The notes under the pieces were generated by a model. The model did no database searches and had not been told where the DNA came from. It saw nothing but the letters and a program-made list of their open reading frames with translations. 64,000 nucleotides of DNA from Giardia intestinalis. Its lineage: Eukaryota. Position 1 is the stretch's first letter. Each line of letters begins with the position of its first letter. Of this stretch, positions 52,818-64,000 are shown piece by piece. Position numbers and translations under genes: made by a program. The stretch is taken from assembly GCA_000002435.2 (NCBI GenBank), contig CM018793.1; one strand, given 5' to 3'.

Positions 52818-54728
52818 CTACGCCTTGCCCCTGCAGATGAACCACCAGCAGAGGAAGCCGACGAGGCCGCCGACAACAACGATGACAGCGACGGAGATCC
52901 CCGCTATGGCGCCTGTGCTAAGGCCGCTCTTGTTCGTGTTCCCGCCGTTGTTATCGTTACCACCATCGTTAGTGACATCTGTCTTGACGTAGCAGGTGAC
53001 AGGACCGCCATTGCCACCAGTTGGAGGGGCACAGCTTACGCAATTTGGGACACCAACAATATGGCTACCATCATTGGGATCATTGGTGTCGCACTTCACA
53101 CATTTTGCTCCGGCAAGATAGTATCCCGGAAGGCACGTTTTGCATGCCTCCTTGTTTGCTACCTCACATGTTTTACAACCAGATGCACATGCTGGACAAG
53201 ATCCAGTGCTAGCTTCTGGTTGTTGTCCATTAGCACAATTCGTACATTTTCCATTCTGAGCATTGCTACATAGGTTGCTGCCTGGGTATGCAGCCGACTG
53301 ATAGCATCCGCCAGATTGCAAGAAGTATGTGGTTGTACACGCTTTGCATGTTCCATCATTGTTATCATTTGGCATGCATCCAGTTACTGCCCTTGTCGTT
53401 GTCGACACACAGACGCCGTCCACCGGGGCGAACCCTGCCTTGCACCTGCTGCAGTACTTCGAGCCCCCAACGACGGCCGTGCACTGGCCAGCCTCGCAGT
53501 TCTCTGCGTACCTTCCCGTGCACTCTGGGATGCATGTGCCGGTGGCTCCAGTATTGCTTTTGCTCAATACAAGCCCAGGATAACAAGCTGTACAGGAGGC
53601 TTCACTATCACCATCACATTCTGCACAAGAATTATGGCAATTAGTACATATCCCGCTGACATCACGAGTTCCTGCAGGACAGCCCTCCATACACATGTTC
53701 TTTAAGGGGCTTAGGCTTTTACCTCCAGTACACTCTTCACACATATTCTCTTCATTACACTTTATACAATCCTGTATATCACATAGTACACACTTCGTTC
53801 CGTCGGCGTTGGGTTGATTAGTACCTGCTATACAAGCAGAGCACGTGATGAGAATTGTACCTTCAGGATTATCCTTCAAAGCACACGTTTTGCAGTCTGC
53901 TATCCCTTCTGAGCATTTCTTACACATTTTTCCATTAGTAGGATCGTCAGCATCATCAGTGAAGTGGGAGTTATCATTACATCCACTTTTATCAACACAT
54001 GTATTAGAGTCCTCGGTTTCGCCCTTTTTTAGATATGGCTTGTTAGCGGTTGCCTTGCACTTCGTGCATTTTCCTGCTCCTGCATCGCATTTAGCACAGT
54101 TATTGTCCTGGCATGCTGTGCATGCTGCCCCATTGCTGTCAACAAAGAACCCCTCAAGACATGACTCACATACGGCAACCTTGTCTTGGCGAGCAGCACC
54201 AGCACTGGCTGGCGGCTGACACGTAGCACAGTTCAGAATTCCTTTATACGTATTTCCACCATCCACAACTCCAGTTGCATCATTGCATGCAATACAAGAG
54301 TCCTTATTGTTAGCTGCACTTGGGTTTTTAAAATAGCCAACTACGCAACCCTCACAAACGCCAGGAGTTTTTGATGACACACGACCAGCAGCTGCGGCAT
54401 CGGCGCAAATAAGGCGTCCAACGTCCCCGCCAATTGCATAGCATCCGTTCTTATGGAGGAAGTAAGCCCCGTCGCATTGCCCACATGTCTTTTCTGTTGT
54501 TATTTCAGCTCCAGCATCAGTCTTACATCCAGCAGTTGTGACAGTAGCATCCCCCTTTGGTGTGCATACTCCGTTGATAGGAACGTCTCCTTCAGCTTTG
54601 CATTCTGTACAGATCTCAGTATCACTTGTACTTATTTTTACACACTGCGTACATTTAGCAATTTGGGCATCCGATTGACAAGCTGCCGTAAGAGCGCTCA
54701 GCACGAAGTAGAAAGCTACCAATAACAT
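52818..54728 (-). CDS. VSP: Variant-specific surface protein (VSP)
   Basis: Signal peptide MLLVAFYFVLSALTAAC. CxxC motifs throughout the 636-aa body. C-terminal TM segment and the invariant Giardia VSP tail …FICRGKA followed by stop. Confidence 0.9.
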   Translation of the reverse strand: MLLVAFYFVLSALTAACQSDAQIAKCTQCVKISTSDTEICTECKAEGDVPINGVCTPKGDATVTTAGCKTDAGAEITTEKTCGQCDGAYFLHKNGCYAIGGDVGRLICADAAAAGRVSSKTPGVCEGCVVGYFKNPSAANNKDSCIACNDATGVVDGGNTYKGILNCATCQPPASAGAARQDKVAVCESCLEGFFVDSNGAACTACQDNNCAKCDAGAGKCTKCKATANKPYLKKGETEDSNTCVDKSGCNDNSHFTDDADDPTNGKMCKKCSEGIADCKTCALKDNPEGTILITCSACIAGTNQPNADGTKCVLCDIQDCIKCNEENMCEECTGGKSLSPLKNMCMEGCPAGTRDVSGICTNCHNSCAECDGDSEASCTACYPGLVLSKSNTGATGTCIPECTGRYAENCEAGQCTAVVGGSKYCSRCKAGFAPVDGVCVSTTTRAVTGCMPNDNNDGTCKACTTTYFLQSGGCYQSAAYPGSNLCSNAQNGKCTNCANGQQPEASTGSCPACASGCKTCEVANKEACKTCLPGYYLAGAKCVKCDTNDPNDGSHIVGVPNCVSCAPPTGGNGGPVTCYVKTDVTNDGGNDNNGGNTNKSGLSTGAIAGISVAVIVVVGGLVGFLCWWFICRGKA

Positions 54729-57700
54729 TGAAGCCCTTCTTAGCTTATTATATGGACAAGAATAAGATATCCAAAGCTAAAGCACTCTACCTGATCATAC
54801 TATATCAGATAATCTCAAGAGTCCATCTCCTATGATACCTTTGTTTGAGAGATGCAAATTAGTGGGTAGTAAATGTGTCTATTGTATAAGCCATCCCTAG
54901 GGACCCTTTGGGCCTGGGCAAGCGGCCTCCAAGGAAATTCATCCTCGTGCAGCACGCAGGGAGGCAGAAACTCAAAAATAATCTGCTGGACCGCCTCACA
55001 CACCTGCTTCTCCCCTGCCCTTCAGACAATGAAAGGACGCCCTGAGTGTCCCCGCTGTGCCACAGATTTGCTGCTGGCTCCTCTCCTAACGCCCTTGTGT
55101 CCCCGAGGTGTTGGCCCCTGCGCCTTCCCTGCGCGGATCGGGTCCCTGCGAACCCCCATTCACCGGCACTCTCTTCTCAGTCCTTGCAGCATTCTCCTTC
55201 ATCAGATTATGTTTGCGGCTTCTGACTGTTGTAGGAGAGCTGGACTCAAAGACGAGCTCCCGTGAGATTCTAGCAGAAGGTTACGGTGGTCGCTAAGGTC
55301 CATGGAAGATGTGAATCGGTGTAGATTAGCCCGTGAGACGCTTTGGTTTGTTGAGCGTGGACGGCGCTATTCTTCGCTTTTTGTAATGGATATTTTAAGA
55401 TACCTCACCGCACGACAAAGACTCAATTGGAGCTCAGGAAACGCAGGCCAACACTTCTACATTTGGACAAGGAGGAAGCACTGCCCAAACCGCGTTGTCT
55501 CCTAAGCTAAGAAACCAGGACTCCCATTACCCCTTTTGGATCATCCTGGTGCTGTCCATTGTAGCAGTAGTAGAACCACGATTGCTTGCAGTGCCTGAAT
55601 CTGTTGGTATGAACGACAAAGAGTTTCTTGTGGTGGGCTACTTCGGCAGAAAAAACTTAGGCCTGTCGTGTCGCTCCGCCAGCTATTAATCAGACCCGTA
55701 ATCAGCGTCCCTGTGGTCTCAGGTAAGGTACTAGGGTAGTCGGATCTCTATCTGCTGTCAGGAAGTCGAGCAGCGTCTGATTGTCACCGTTAGTCCAACT
55801 TATGGTTGGCCCTAGGTAAACAGATCGATTGATACAAGCATCTTATCTCTGGACTCACGAACCATACCATACGAGGAATTGCACCACTACAGCCCAACAT
55901 ACTTCTCTGATGCGTAATGCGAAAAGCAGACCTCATTGCATAGCTGTAGGAGTCTGATAATACCCGACTGGGGCATTATATTTTATGTGGTCTCCAGGGT
56001 AGTTTCACTAAAGGCCGGAGCACCGCTATACATAGACTGGTATGAAAGGTGGGATCCAGCAGCATACACCTTGAGTTGGGAGTTCCATAAGCATGCGTCT
56101 CTGATACAACTCGCCAAGAATCTTGTAGGAAGCTGGCCTAGGTCAGTGACTGGAAGATCTTCAATGGGCAGACGACTATTTTGGTCTACCAGTCGCTTAT
56201 CCCCCTTGTCGTGAAGGATATCTGCTAATGTCTAGTGCTGCGGACTGGGTAGCCCTTGTTCATCTGTAAGACTCGACTGGTGTACGTTGTAGACGACTGA
56301 CGAGACTGATATCATCCTCCATCAGGTGGCTCTGGGTGAGTAGGCGAATTCTGTAGTTGATCAGTTATTTTAAGAAAGGCTGCACTTATGAAGCCATAAC
56401 TACAACTTGCATTCGACAGACAAAGGTGCCCTTGGGCTGTGGTACTCCATACAGGTTCCTCGGGATGTGTGGTACCTCAGCGTAGTCTCCAAGAGGGTAG
56501 CCCTGCCTAGTTGAGCCTCGCAGACCCAAGCACAGTACAGTACCTTTTCAAGTTTATAGAGTCAAGCGCATCTCAGACAACGAGGACAGAAGGAGACCCA
56601 GAGGCGCTAGCTGGGCTGCTCCGATCCCTGCTGTCCGGGGAATCAGCAGGGCCGCAGGATGACAGGGCCCCATTTCGTGCCCCAGGAGGCCGTGCCTTGG
56701 TGGAGGTACGCGCCACGGTCACTGTTAGCTACCCGCTAACGAGGTACTGCTGTGCTTGAAGACCTCCCGGAATGACCTTTCTCGGTTTGCTGGCCATGAG
56801 CTGGGTCATCGCGCCAGCTGATTGGATGAGAAACAATAATAGTATTATCCAGACAATGAGCCGAGAAGGCTGATGCTGACTACGTATCTCTCACACTGAG
56901 CATACCCATTATGCAGCGTAAGGGATTTGACGTCCTAGGTGACTAGGTGAATCTAAAGTGCTCGTCAGTAACGATATGCATGCAGGCTCCAGACAGGGCT
57001 CTGAGAAAATGTTAAAGAGCACAAGACCTGCTGGACTATATAGGGCACACAATGAATGCCTACGCGGTAAACAGATTGACCCTTTTCCTTGGTAGACAGA
57101 ACTCTGGTCTGCAGTAGTCACCTACATGATGCGTGCCTTTGCAGGACCGATGAAGGCACCCGCTGATCTGGAAAGGTCATCAGCAGTGGCCACACAAGAT
57201 AGACAAGCAGAGGACGGGAGCGGACTCATCCTCATGGGGATGAGCAATCTAAACTACACAACGCGTGCGCCAATCTTTGGCCGAAACAGAGATGCACTGT
57301 AGGACATCACGCAATCCAAGAGACACTTTGGCGATTCATCTGTTGTGGGAGGACGCAAGTGAGACATTTGTGGACAGCAACCACGCCGACTGGTACCGGC
57401 CTGTACAGTATGCCTCTACAATAGATCTTCGCCTGTATACGAAGGGAAGGTGAATACCCTCGGCTCCAAACGAAGCAACTCTTGATAGATATTACGCTGC
57501 CGTAAATGCATAAAATCAAAAACTAGCATCTAGTTCGTCTGCAGACCCTACGACTTCTCTAGGTTTAGAAGTCAGAGAGACACTATAGGTGTCCCTGCTG
57601 TAATCTGGACCGGTAGCTAGTCTCTCTAGCACCGGTCTTACCCCACTGATCTGTTGATTACCCTTACATTCTCCATGCGAACCGGCTCTCCAGGAGCCGC

Positions 57701-60700
57701 CATGCACGGATAGTCTTCCAAGCACCTAGCAGACATTCTTCCTCCTTGAAGCGTGTCACCGAGGACTAGGCATCATGAGGTGAGCGCAGCCAGAGGCAAA
57801 TCTCCTTGTATTCTTGCTTACTACTAATAGCAAGTATGCAAGCGAGTACACAGGCTCTTGACGAGTGCATTGTGATTTAGGCCAGTCATCACACTAGGGT
57901 TATGACACTTGATGCACAGATTTCTATTTTTAGCTTTGTATGCATATCTATGTTTCACCTTGAAAGACGGTGAAGTGCTCTGCGGGGCCTTTTTGGATAT
58001 ACAGCTGTCACTATAGCTGATGGGGGAGTAGGTGCGAAGACCTTATTCTTAAACAAAAGCATCTCTAGTATAACCGAGCGCTGTCTTCCATCAAAGTAGA
58101 CACCTTAGATGGAATGACATCTACTCTATTTACCATGGCATTGTGCGGGCCTGTATACGCTACTAGAGAAGGATCCTGCAATATCTGCTTAATTTGTCAG
58201 GCGTATACGTCTCTTGTTGTAGCGAACGCAGTGGTAGAGACAATCATCGCCGGAAGGTAATAGGACGTGCTAGCTCAGTGTAACTTTGTACAGGTAGAAG
58301 CTACAGTACGCAACCAAGAGCATAACGCGCCAGCTGTTCATGCTACTCTCCTCCCTTGTATTGCTGTGCTTACGAGTACCTGTACTGCACTGTGTGTCAG
58401 ACTGTGGCACAGAGTATCCCCAGGCTACTCATTCAGTGGATTAAAGCTAGAACGACTGATCCTATGGACAGATGGGCATCCCAAGAAGACGGCAGCCGTT
58501 ATTGTTGTTCCGGATTTTTTAGTACTCAAGCACCAACCCTATGGGGGCACCCTACTTTCCAAGTCTCTGCGCCCATATCGAGGCGTGTTGTCTGGATGGC
58601 CTAGTCATGGCCACAAGGATGATGCAAAATGGTGGTCGTTCGCAGGCCCGGCCCCAATTCGCCCCTAGCCCTAAGTCACACTCAACTGGTGCAAGATGCT
58701 CTTCTTCACCGTAGGTATGCCTTTCGCTAGATCGACAAGCTGCTTGTAACAGGCCTGCCTTGCTGACCAGCTCTGCTGGCACTTGGTTCCCCTCTGATCA
58801 CTTAAGGGCGTAGCCCCAGGCTGGGTCCACGAGACAGCGCATGCTGATGGCAGAAGACAACACAGCTCTTCTCAAATATCTCGACCTGTCAACTAGTGCG
58901 GTCCCAAAGCGCACTGTGGGTCTTGGTAGACACGCAAGTACGAATCCGGACACTTTGAGATGCTAAGATTACTCAGCAAGGACAACACAATTCACCCTGC
59001 TTCATCTGAGAGGTCAAAGCCCCAGCTATTCGGAAGCCCAGCATCAATATTCATCTGGCTTATATACTCGGGTGCGCCTTGTTGGAAACCACATTGAAGA
59101 CTCCAATTCAGCGGTTACCTGGACTCACCATCCATTACAGTCGTGCCACCATCAGGGTTAAGTTTCCTACCTCACCTGTGGTCTGTTACAAAGGCATAAT
59201 TCGCGACCGGATGCAAAGGGCTTGATCTTTTCGGTACACTATGGCTACCGGTGTACTTTACTGGCTCACTGACTCTGCCAGCATCTTCAGAGACAGAGAC
59301 GCGCCACCATCACAGATCACACAGCCCTCTGCACATCCTGGAAGGGCTCTTGTGTTGTGCAACGTCAGATCCTGCCTGTCTGATACAGAACACATGGTAC
59401 TGGACGGCTAGAGAGGGAACGATGGGCGCTTGCATCCCACACCGAACCAGTCTGACTGCACTTGGACCGTAGCTCTTTGATCTCGCTGCCATAGACAGCG
59501 AAGGACACATCCTTCTGGAGATGGGATCTCTCGAGGGTTGGCTCATGGTTCAGTCTGAGCCCAGAACTCTAGGTATGGAGTGCACCACGCAATGATGAGG
59601 ACAGTAGTAGCAGGGACACTGTTTGGACCAGGTGGCCTTCTCACATTCCTCATTGCACGTGCCTGCATCCGATGCGGTCCACTCCTTCGATATGTAACAG
59701 TTGTGGCCCGGATGGCTAGAGTCTGGACCCACAAGCTATTGCGCCTGTTGTAGCGGCAAAGAAGACGAGTCACTTGCTTGTAGGCTTTGTCTACCTTCAG
59801 CCCTATCCAGATCTGCCGTTGTGCTAACACTACTGGTACCACGCGGCCTGTGTGATGGTCATGTCCCCTTCCTGCCATTCCTGATACCAAGTCCGATAGG
59901 AGCATCCAACAGAATATCCCTGGCGTTGTGCAGTCTTCATATGATGATCGCGTTAGACTCACTGCGCACCCACCGTTGCAGTGGTTGAACTGCTGGGCTC
60001 GGGAACTGCTGGATACTTTAATACTGATAGACGATGCCAGAACAAGCAAAGATAAAAGGCCTCAAAACCCCCTGCCCGTGAATGGACTCGTTATGTGCAA
60101 CGTGCCTACCCCTATCGTGTCATGTAAGACAGTAGGATTTTGCTGGTACAGTGCATTGATACAGTGATGATGCAGAGAAGGCAGCTCTGACTTACATAGC
60201 GATAGAAAGCCTGGTGATATAGATAGCGACATTATGTGATGGCGGACCCTAGCCGATAGGCCATGGGGATACAGAGCCCTTGCAACAAAGCTGTTCTTCA
60301 CATGAAATAGTAGAGTAGCATGATGCACCACAGGAGAGAGTCCCGCTTCCTCGTTCTGTCTGTTACATTATGGCCCAAGCATCGAACTTGCTGATAGCTC
60401 CTTATTCATTCCCCTATGAAGCCCTGGACACCCATTTAATCATACTACCTAGCCCTGCATAAAGATAAAACCCCACACTTAGCACTAATGATTGAATACC
60501 TCATTCTGCCATAACGTTTCCGGTGCACTGATTCCAATCTCGAGTAGCTAAGTGGATGGATGCATCCTTGTCAGGGGTAGTGTAGGCATGAAAGACTAGA
60601 CCCCAACGACAGGTTTGCACTTTAGCTTCTCTTGTTTACTCCTTGGTGGCGTCTTATATCTCCACTCAGGCGTGTGTTCTGAGATCGCTATAAGGCATAC

Positions 60701-61760
60701 AATGGGATCTTGCAGGACTAAAAGCACCGATGCCATCTACCTCCAGAATCTGGTAATATGGGTGTCCATGTCGCAGTTCTGGCAAACAACACTTTGTTCC
60801 TATACCATCCGCTCTGACCATGTGCTTCCCTTCTCCGAGCCATTCTCGACGACAATATTCATATTGACACGGAGAGCTGTTCTGTCATGCAAAGTGACTT
60901 GCTTCGAGCCGGTTGTATGGCAGTCCAGTTGTTCCTCATCCCCTCACAGTTTTCTCTGCAGCGGTCCCCTAATGATAGCGCTGTACGGCTCGAATCTCTG
61001 ACAAGATGCCTTACTAATACGCCGCTCTTCTGTATGCGTTCGGCGCCCAGCTGGCCCACGCTGTCTCCGTGGCTTAGTTGGATGCCTCCATGCACAGGGA
61101 TTCGTCAGGCAGAAGTGGATGCGCCGTATAATGGATCGTGTTGGTGCATATAATCGGAAGTGCACGCCTCTTGTTCGTATGCTGCTGAGGGCGCTGGCTG
61201 CAATGCGTGTCGAGAACAGAGTGCTTTGGATCGGATTACCCTGTGCCTTTTGTGCTCTAGGGGCTAGGATCTTATTCCCCCAATACTAGTGCCGGACTCC
61301 AGTTGGATTATAGGAAAGGGGCTCTGTCCAGCTCTGGCCCTCTTAGTACGGAGGTGCTAAGGATGCCTCTAGGATCCTCTCTGCTGCGGTTCTGTGTGCG
61401 CATACACCGGTCTGCAGTGGTAAAACGGCCTCTATCCTAGTTTTGGCCTCTCGCTATGTCGAGTACAGAGAACTTGGGACGCCCCTGAGTTTCGCTCCTG
61501 CAACAGAATGAGACAAGGGCACGGGGCTCTAGGCTTTGCCAGATACTTGTCTGGATGAAGAAGCGAGCGCTGATGTCAGAGGCTTTTGGTTGGCTGGTGT
61601 GTTTGTGGCATGCTCGGCGTAAACTGGTGTCGGCCTGTTCTTCTCGGAGCCTCGGTAAAGTCGGTCGGCTATGAAGGGAAGGAGCTTATGACAGTCTGTC
61701 CAGTGTAACCGACAACATCTTTGCTTAGGATAGATTTACCATCTAGTTCATCAGAGTGTG

Positions 61761-64000
61761 TCAATGAGTGTCATCCAATACCGTGAAAGTCGGCGTTACC
61801 GTGCACTCCATTTTCTGAGAGCATAGTTTTAGGTAGTATTGTTTGTCTCGGAGCTCCTGCATCCTCTCAGCACAGCTATCTAGATAGATCGTGTTGAGTC
61901 CTGCCACTCCCTCGACTCCGTCAAGTGCACAAACCTCCTTTCCCGCCTGCATTAGCGTGACCGAGAACCTTCTGCGAGGCAAGGGAAACACAAACCCGTG
62001 TCTATGGATAGTGAAGCTCAGAGGATCCCGCATAGTAATGGCGTCTGGAACGTCTCTGACCAGGTATCTGCTCGCCTTGACTTCAAAGTCATCCGAAGTG
62101 TTCGTGAACATGGGACTGTTGGAGCGCATGCGGACGAAGTAGTTAGGGCCAGAGGGGACAGAGGCCGGAAGAGTGTCGGCATAGAGCCCCGTGTTAGGGG
62201 CAGAGCGGGTGAACGTGTGGCGCAGGTAGCTTTTCGATCCGACCTTTTCGTACAAAAGGATCGTCATCTCAGTACCGGCTGTTAGGTTACTGGTCCATCG
62301 GATTGTAACTGCACCGCCGGGGACCCAGACACTCTGCGTAGACGGCTCCGTAATAAGCAGGGGCACGTCGCCAATAGGCTCAGGTTCGGGCTCAGGTTCG
62401 GGATCTGGGTTGGGCTGTGGTTCCGGGTCGGGCACGGGATCCTTCTTATCAGACGGGGCCGGGAGATTATCTGCAGGGTAGCTGTACGACGTGACATGCA
62501 GCGGTCCCACATCGGCGTACGCGAAGGGGGACGTCTCTGAGCGCAATCGGAGGTACGCAGCTGAGCAGTTGCCATAGGAAGACGGCAGGCGGACCTCGAT
62601 GCTTCCCGAGGGAGGCAGGCCAGCAGCGATGACATCCAGCAGTCGCTCTCCGCAATACGCCTGGAGAAGCAGCTTTGCGCCCGTCCCCGTTGAGGTATAC
62701 GAAATCTGCAGGCCCTCGGCCAACGCAGTCACCTGTGCGCCGGCGACCGGCTTAGATATCGTGATGACTGCTTCATCATTGTGCTTCTTCTCTATTGTGA
62801 GCACTGTGCTTGCGGATAGGACGGGAACGGTGTCGGACGTGGTTAGGGTCAGCGCATGCTTGCCAGCGCTCATGCTCGACGGGGCCATGCAGGATTGCGC
62901 CCCCTTACTGAGCTCCACCAGCACAGACGCGCCGTCCATCAACTTGCAGGGCACCTGGAGCGGTGCAGCGAACCGGAGTGCGACGCTCTCTCCCTCTTGT
63001 CCCTGATAGCTAGCCTTGTCGAATGCCAGCGTGAAGTAGGACGCCAACGAGAAGCGCGCAGACGTTGCGTCTCCAGTGCTGGTTGTCAGGTAGTATTGCC
63101 CTGCAGACGTGTCTCGAGGTATGGTGACGCGGGCGGTGCCACTAGAGGTCGTCAGCTTAACGAGCGACGTCACCGCTCCTGCTCCTGACTTCAGCTGGAG
63201 CTCTGCAGGGGTCGCTACCTTCTCGTACGGTATTGCAACCTCGTATCCGGCAATGTACGTTTTGGCCGTCTCTACAGTGATTGTGCCGTTTCGGGGCTCT
63301 GGCTTAGGAGTCGTGTCTATAGGCAGCGCTGAACCGGGCCACGTCTCGATCTTGAGCTCGTTGGACCCGCGCTTGATCTTGAAGTAGCCTTGGTCGCCCC
63401 AATTGGTGCCGTACGTGTTCGCACAGTCCCAGTAGGGCACGCCGTTCTCCTCGCCCCACCCGACTATCATCACGGCGTGGCCTCCCCCCAGCTTCGTATT
63501 GGGGCCGGAGCTGTAGATGCCCTTCTTGTCCTTGGAGGGGAAGTCGTTGGCCAGGTACATGGAGACCGCAATGGGCCCGTTCTGGTATATGTCGCGCATC
63601 ATCGCGTCCACGCCGCTGAGCCTGTAGGGCGCCTTGTTCTTAATGGTGCGGTCCTTGGGGCGCTTATCCTTGCAGACGGTCTTGCACGTCTCCGTGGGGT
63701 AGGGATACGTCCGGTTCCAGTAGTCCTCGCAGGTGTCGTACACCATGCCCGTCGTCTCTCCGAACTTCAGCGACGCAAGGGGATTGCCGCCGCGGCACCC
63801 GTTGTTCTGGATGTTCAGATACTTGGTGTGGTCGCACGTGACGAGGTCCTCGAGGCTCACAAGCCTGCTGTCGTTGAGCTGGAGGCACCGCCGGGCAGTG
63901 ACCATCTCCACCGCCGCCGCCGCGTAGCAGCAGCCGCACGAGCCCTGGTCTATGATCTGGATGCACCGGTGGCCCCGGTAGGTGAAGTTGGTAGGGAGCG
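61761..64000 (-). CDS. Cathepsin B-like papain-family cysteine protease with a ~450-aa C-terminal extension; partial (N-terminus lies beyond the window end)
   Basis: The frame is open to the window edge: …DQGSCGCCYAAAAVEMV (catalytic Cys motif), SLEDLVTC, GCRGGNP, GGGHAVMIVGWG (His), CANTYGTNWGDQGYFKIKRG (Asn). A PDPEPQPNPDPEPEPEPEP linker then leads into a Thr/Ser-rich, beta-rich C-terminal region. The track start at 63911 is GTG and is internal. Confidence 0.8.
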   Translation of the reverse strand, partial: LPTNFTYRGHRCIQIIDQGSCGCCYAAAAVEMVTARRCLQLNDSRLVSLEDLVTCDHTKYLNIQNNGCRGGNPLASLKFGETTGMVYDTCEDYWNRTYPYPTETCKTVCKDKRPKDRTIKNKAPYRLSGVDAMMRDIYQNGPIAVSMYLANDFPSKDKKGIYSSGPNTKLGGGHAVMIVGWGEENGVPYWDCANTYGTNWGDQGYFKIKRGSNELKIETWPGSALPIDTTPKPEPRNGTITVETAKTYIAGYEVAIPYEKVATPAELQLKSGAGAVTSLVKLTTSSGTARVTIPRDTSAGQYYLTTSTGDATSARFSLASYFTLAFDKASYQGQEGESVALRFAAPLQVPCKLMDGASVLVELSKGAQSCMAPSSMSAGKHALTLTTSDTVPVLSASTVLTIEKKHNDEAVITISKPVAGAQVTALAEGLQISYTSTGTGAKLLLQAYCGERLLDVIAAGLPPSGSIEVRLPSSYGNCSAAYLRLRSETSPFAYADVGPLHVTSYSYPADNLPAPSDKKDPVPDPEPQPNPDPEPEPEPEPIGDVPLLITEPSTQSVWVPGGAVTIRWTSNLTAGTEMTILLYEKVGSKSYLRHTFTRSAPNTGLYADTLPASVPSGPNYFVRMRSNSPMFTNTSDDFEVKASRYLVRDVPDAITMRDPLSFTIHRHGFVFPLPRRRFSVTLMQAGKEVCALDGVEGVAGLNTIYLDSCAERMQELRDKQYYLKLCSQKMECTVTPTFTVLDDTH

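Noticed and set aside
54730-61760. Small ORFs (60-168 aa) scattered through the 7-kb region between the VSP and the cathepsin gene
   Set aside because: None has a recognisable domain, signal peptide or CxxC pattern, and there is no A-rich initiator context or codon periodicity. They are treated as non-coding or decayed DNA.

Overview
This window is a gene-dense eukaryotic segment with every hallmark of Giardia intestinalis (diplomonad). There is a variant-specific surface protein ending in the invariant ...CRGKA tail, plus CXXC/EGF-type high-cysteine membrane proteins. There are Protein-21.1-type ankyrin-repeat proteins, including two ankyrin+RING proteins, and NEK kinases with ankyrin tails. 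Start codons are preceded by only a few A-rich bases, intergenic spacers are tiny (11 to 200 bp), and AGTRAAY polyadenylation signals follow stop codons. TAA, TAG and TGA are all used as stops, so the standard genetic code applies. No introns are evident.

The first 46 kb carries about 25 intact genes. The recognisable ones are a cytosolic carboxypeptidase followed directly by a tubulin-tyrosine-ligase-like enzyme, a tRNA-Trp(CCA), an MFS transporter and a NEK kinase. A 1691-aa high-cysteine membrane protein follows, then Las1, PTPA, a UBC4/5-type E2, an OSR1/SPAK-like STE20 kinase and a CAF1/POP2 deadenylase.

From about 46.1 kb to 61.7 kb the character changes. A VSP gene sits alone in roughly 15 kb that otherwise contains only decayed material. 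That material is a frameshifted, stop-containing NEK-ankyrin pseudogene and a GC-rich tract with a diverged inverted repeat (about 160-bp arms roughly 1.6 kb apart). No recognisable intact genes lie there.

Other anomalies are listed here. An orphan C-terminal piece of a dynein heavy chain (about 350 codons of a protein that is normally about 4500 aa) carries an in-frame TAG at a conserved aromatic position. An ankyrin-repeat pseudogene has two in-frame stops, one frameshift and no start codon. A 153-aa Walker-A fragment lies directly upstream of Las1. Three short GC-rich islands (about 70% GC) sit in a genome of about 50% GC; one surrounds the tRNA and two are unexplained. The window ends inside a cathepsin-B-like protease gene that carries a long C-terminal extension.

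The supplied ORF track uses GTG and TTG as alternative starts, so several coordinates were moved to the first in-frame ATG.
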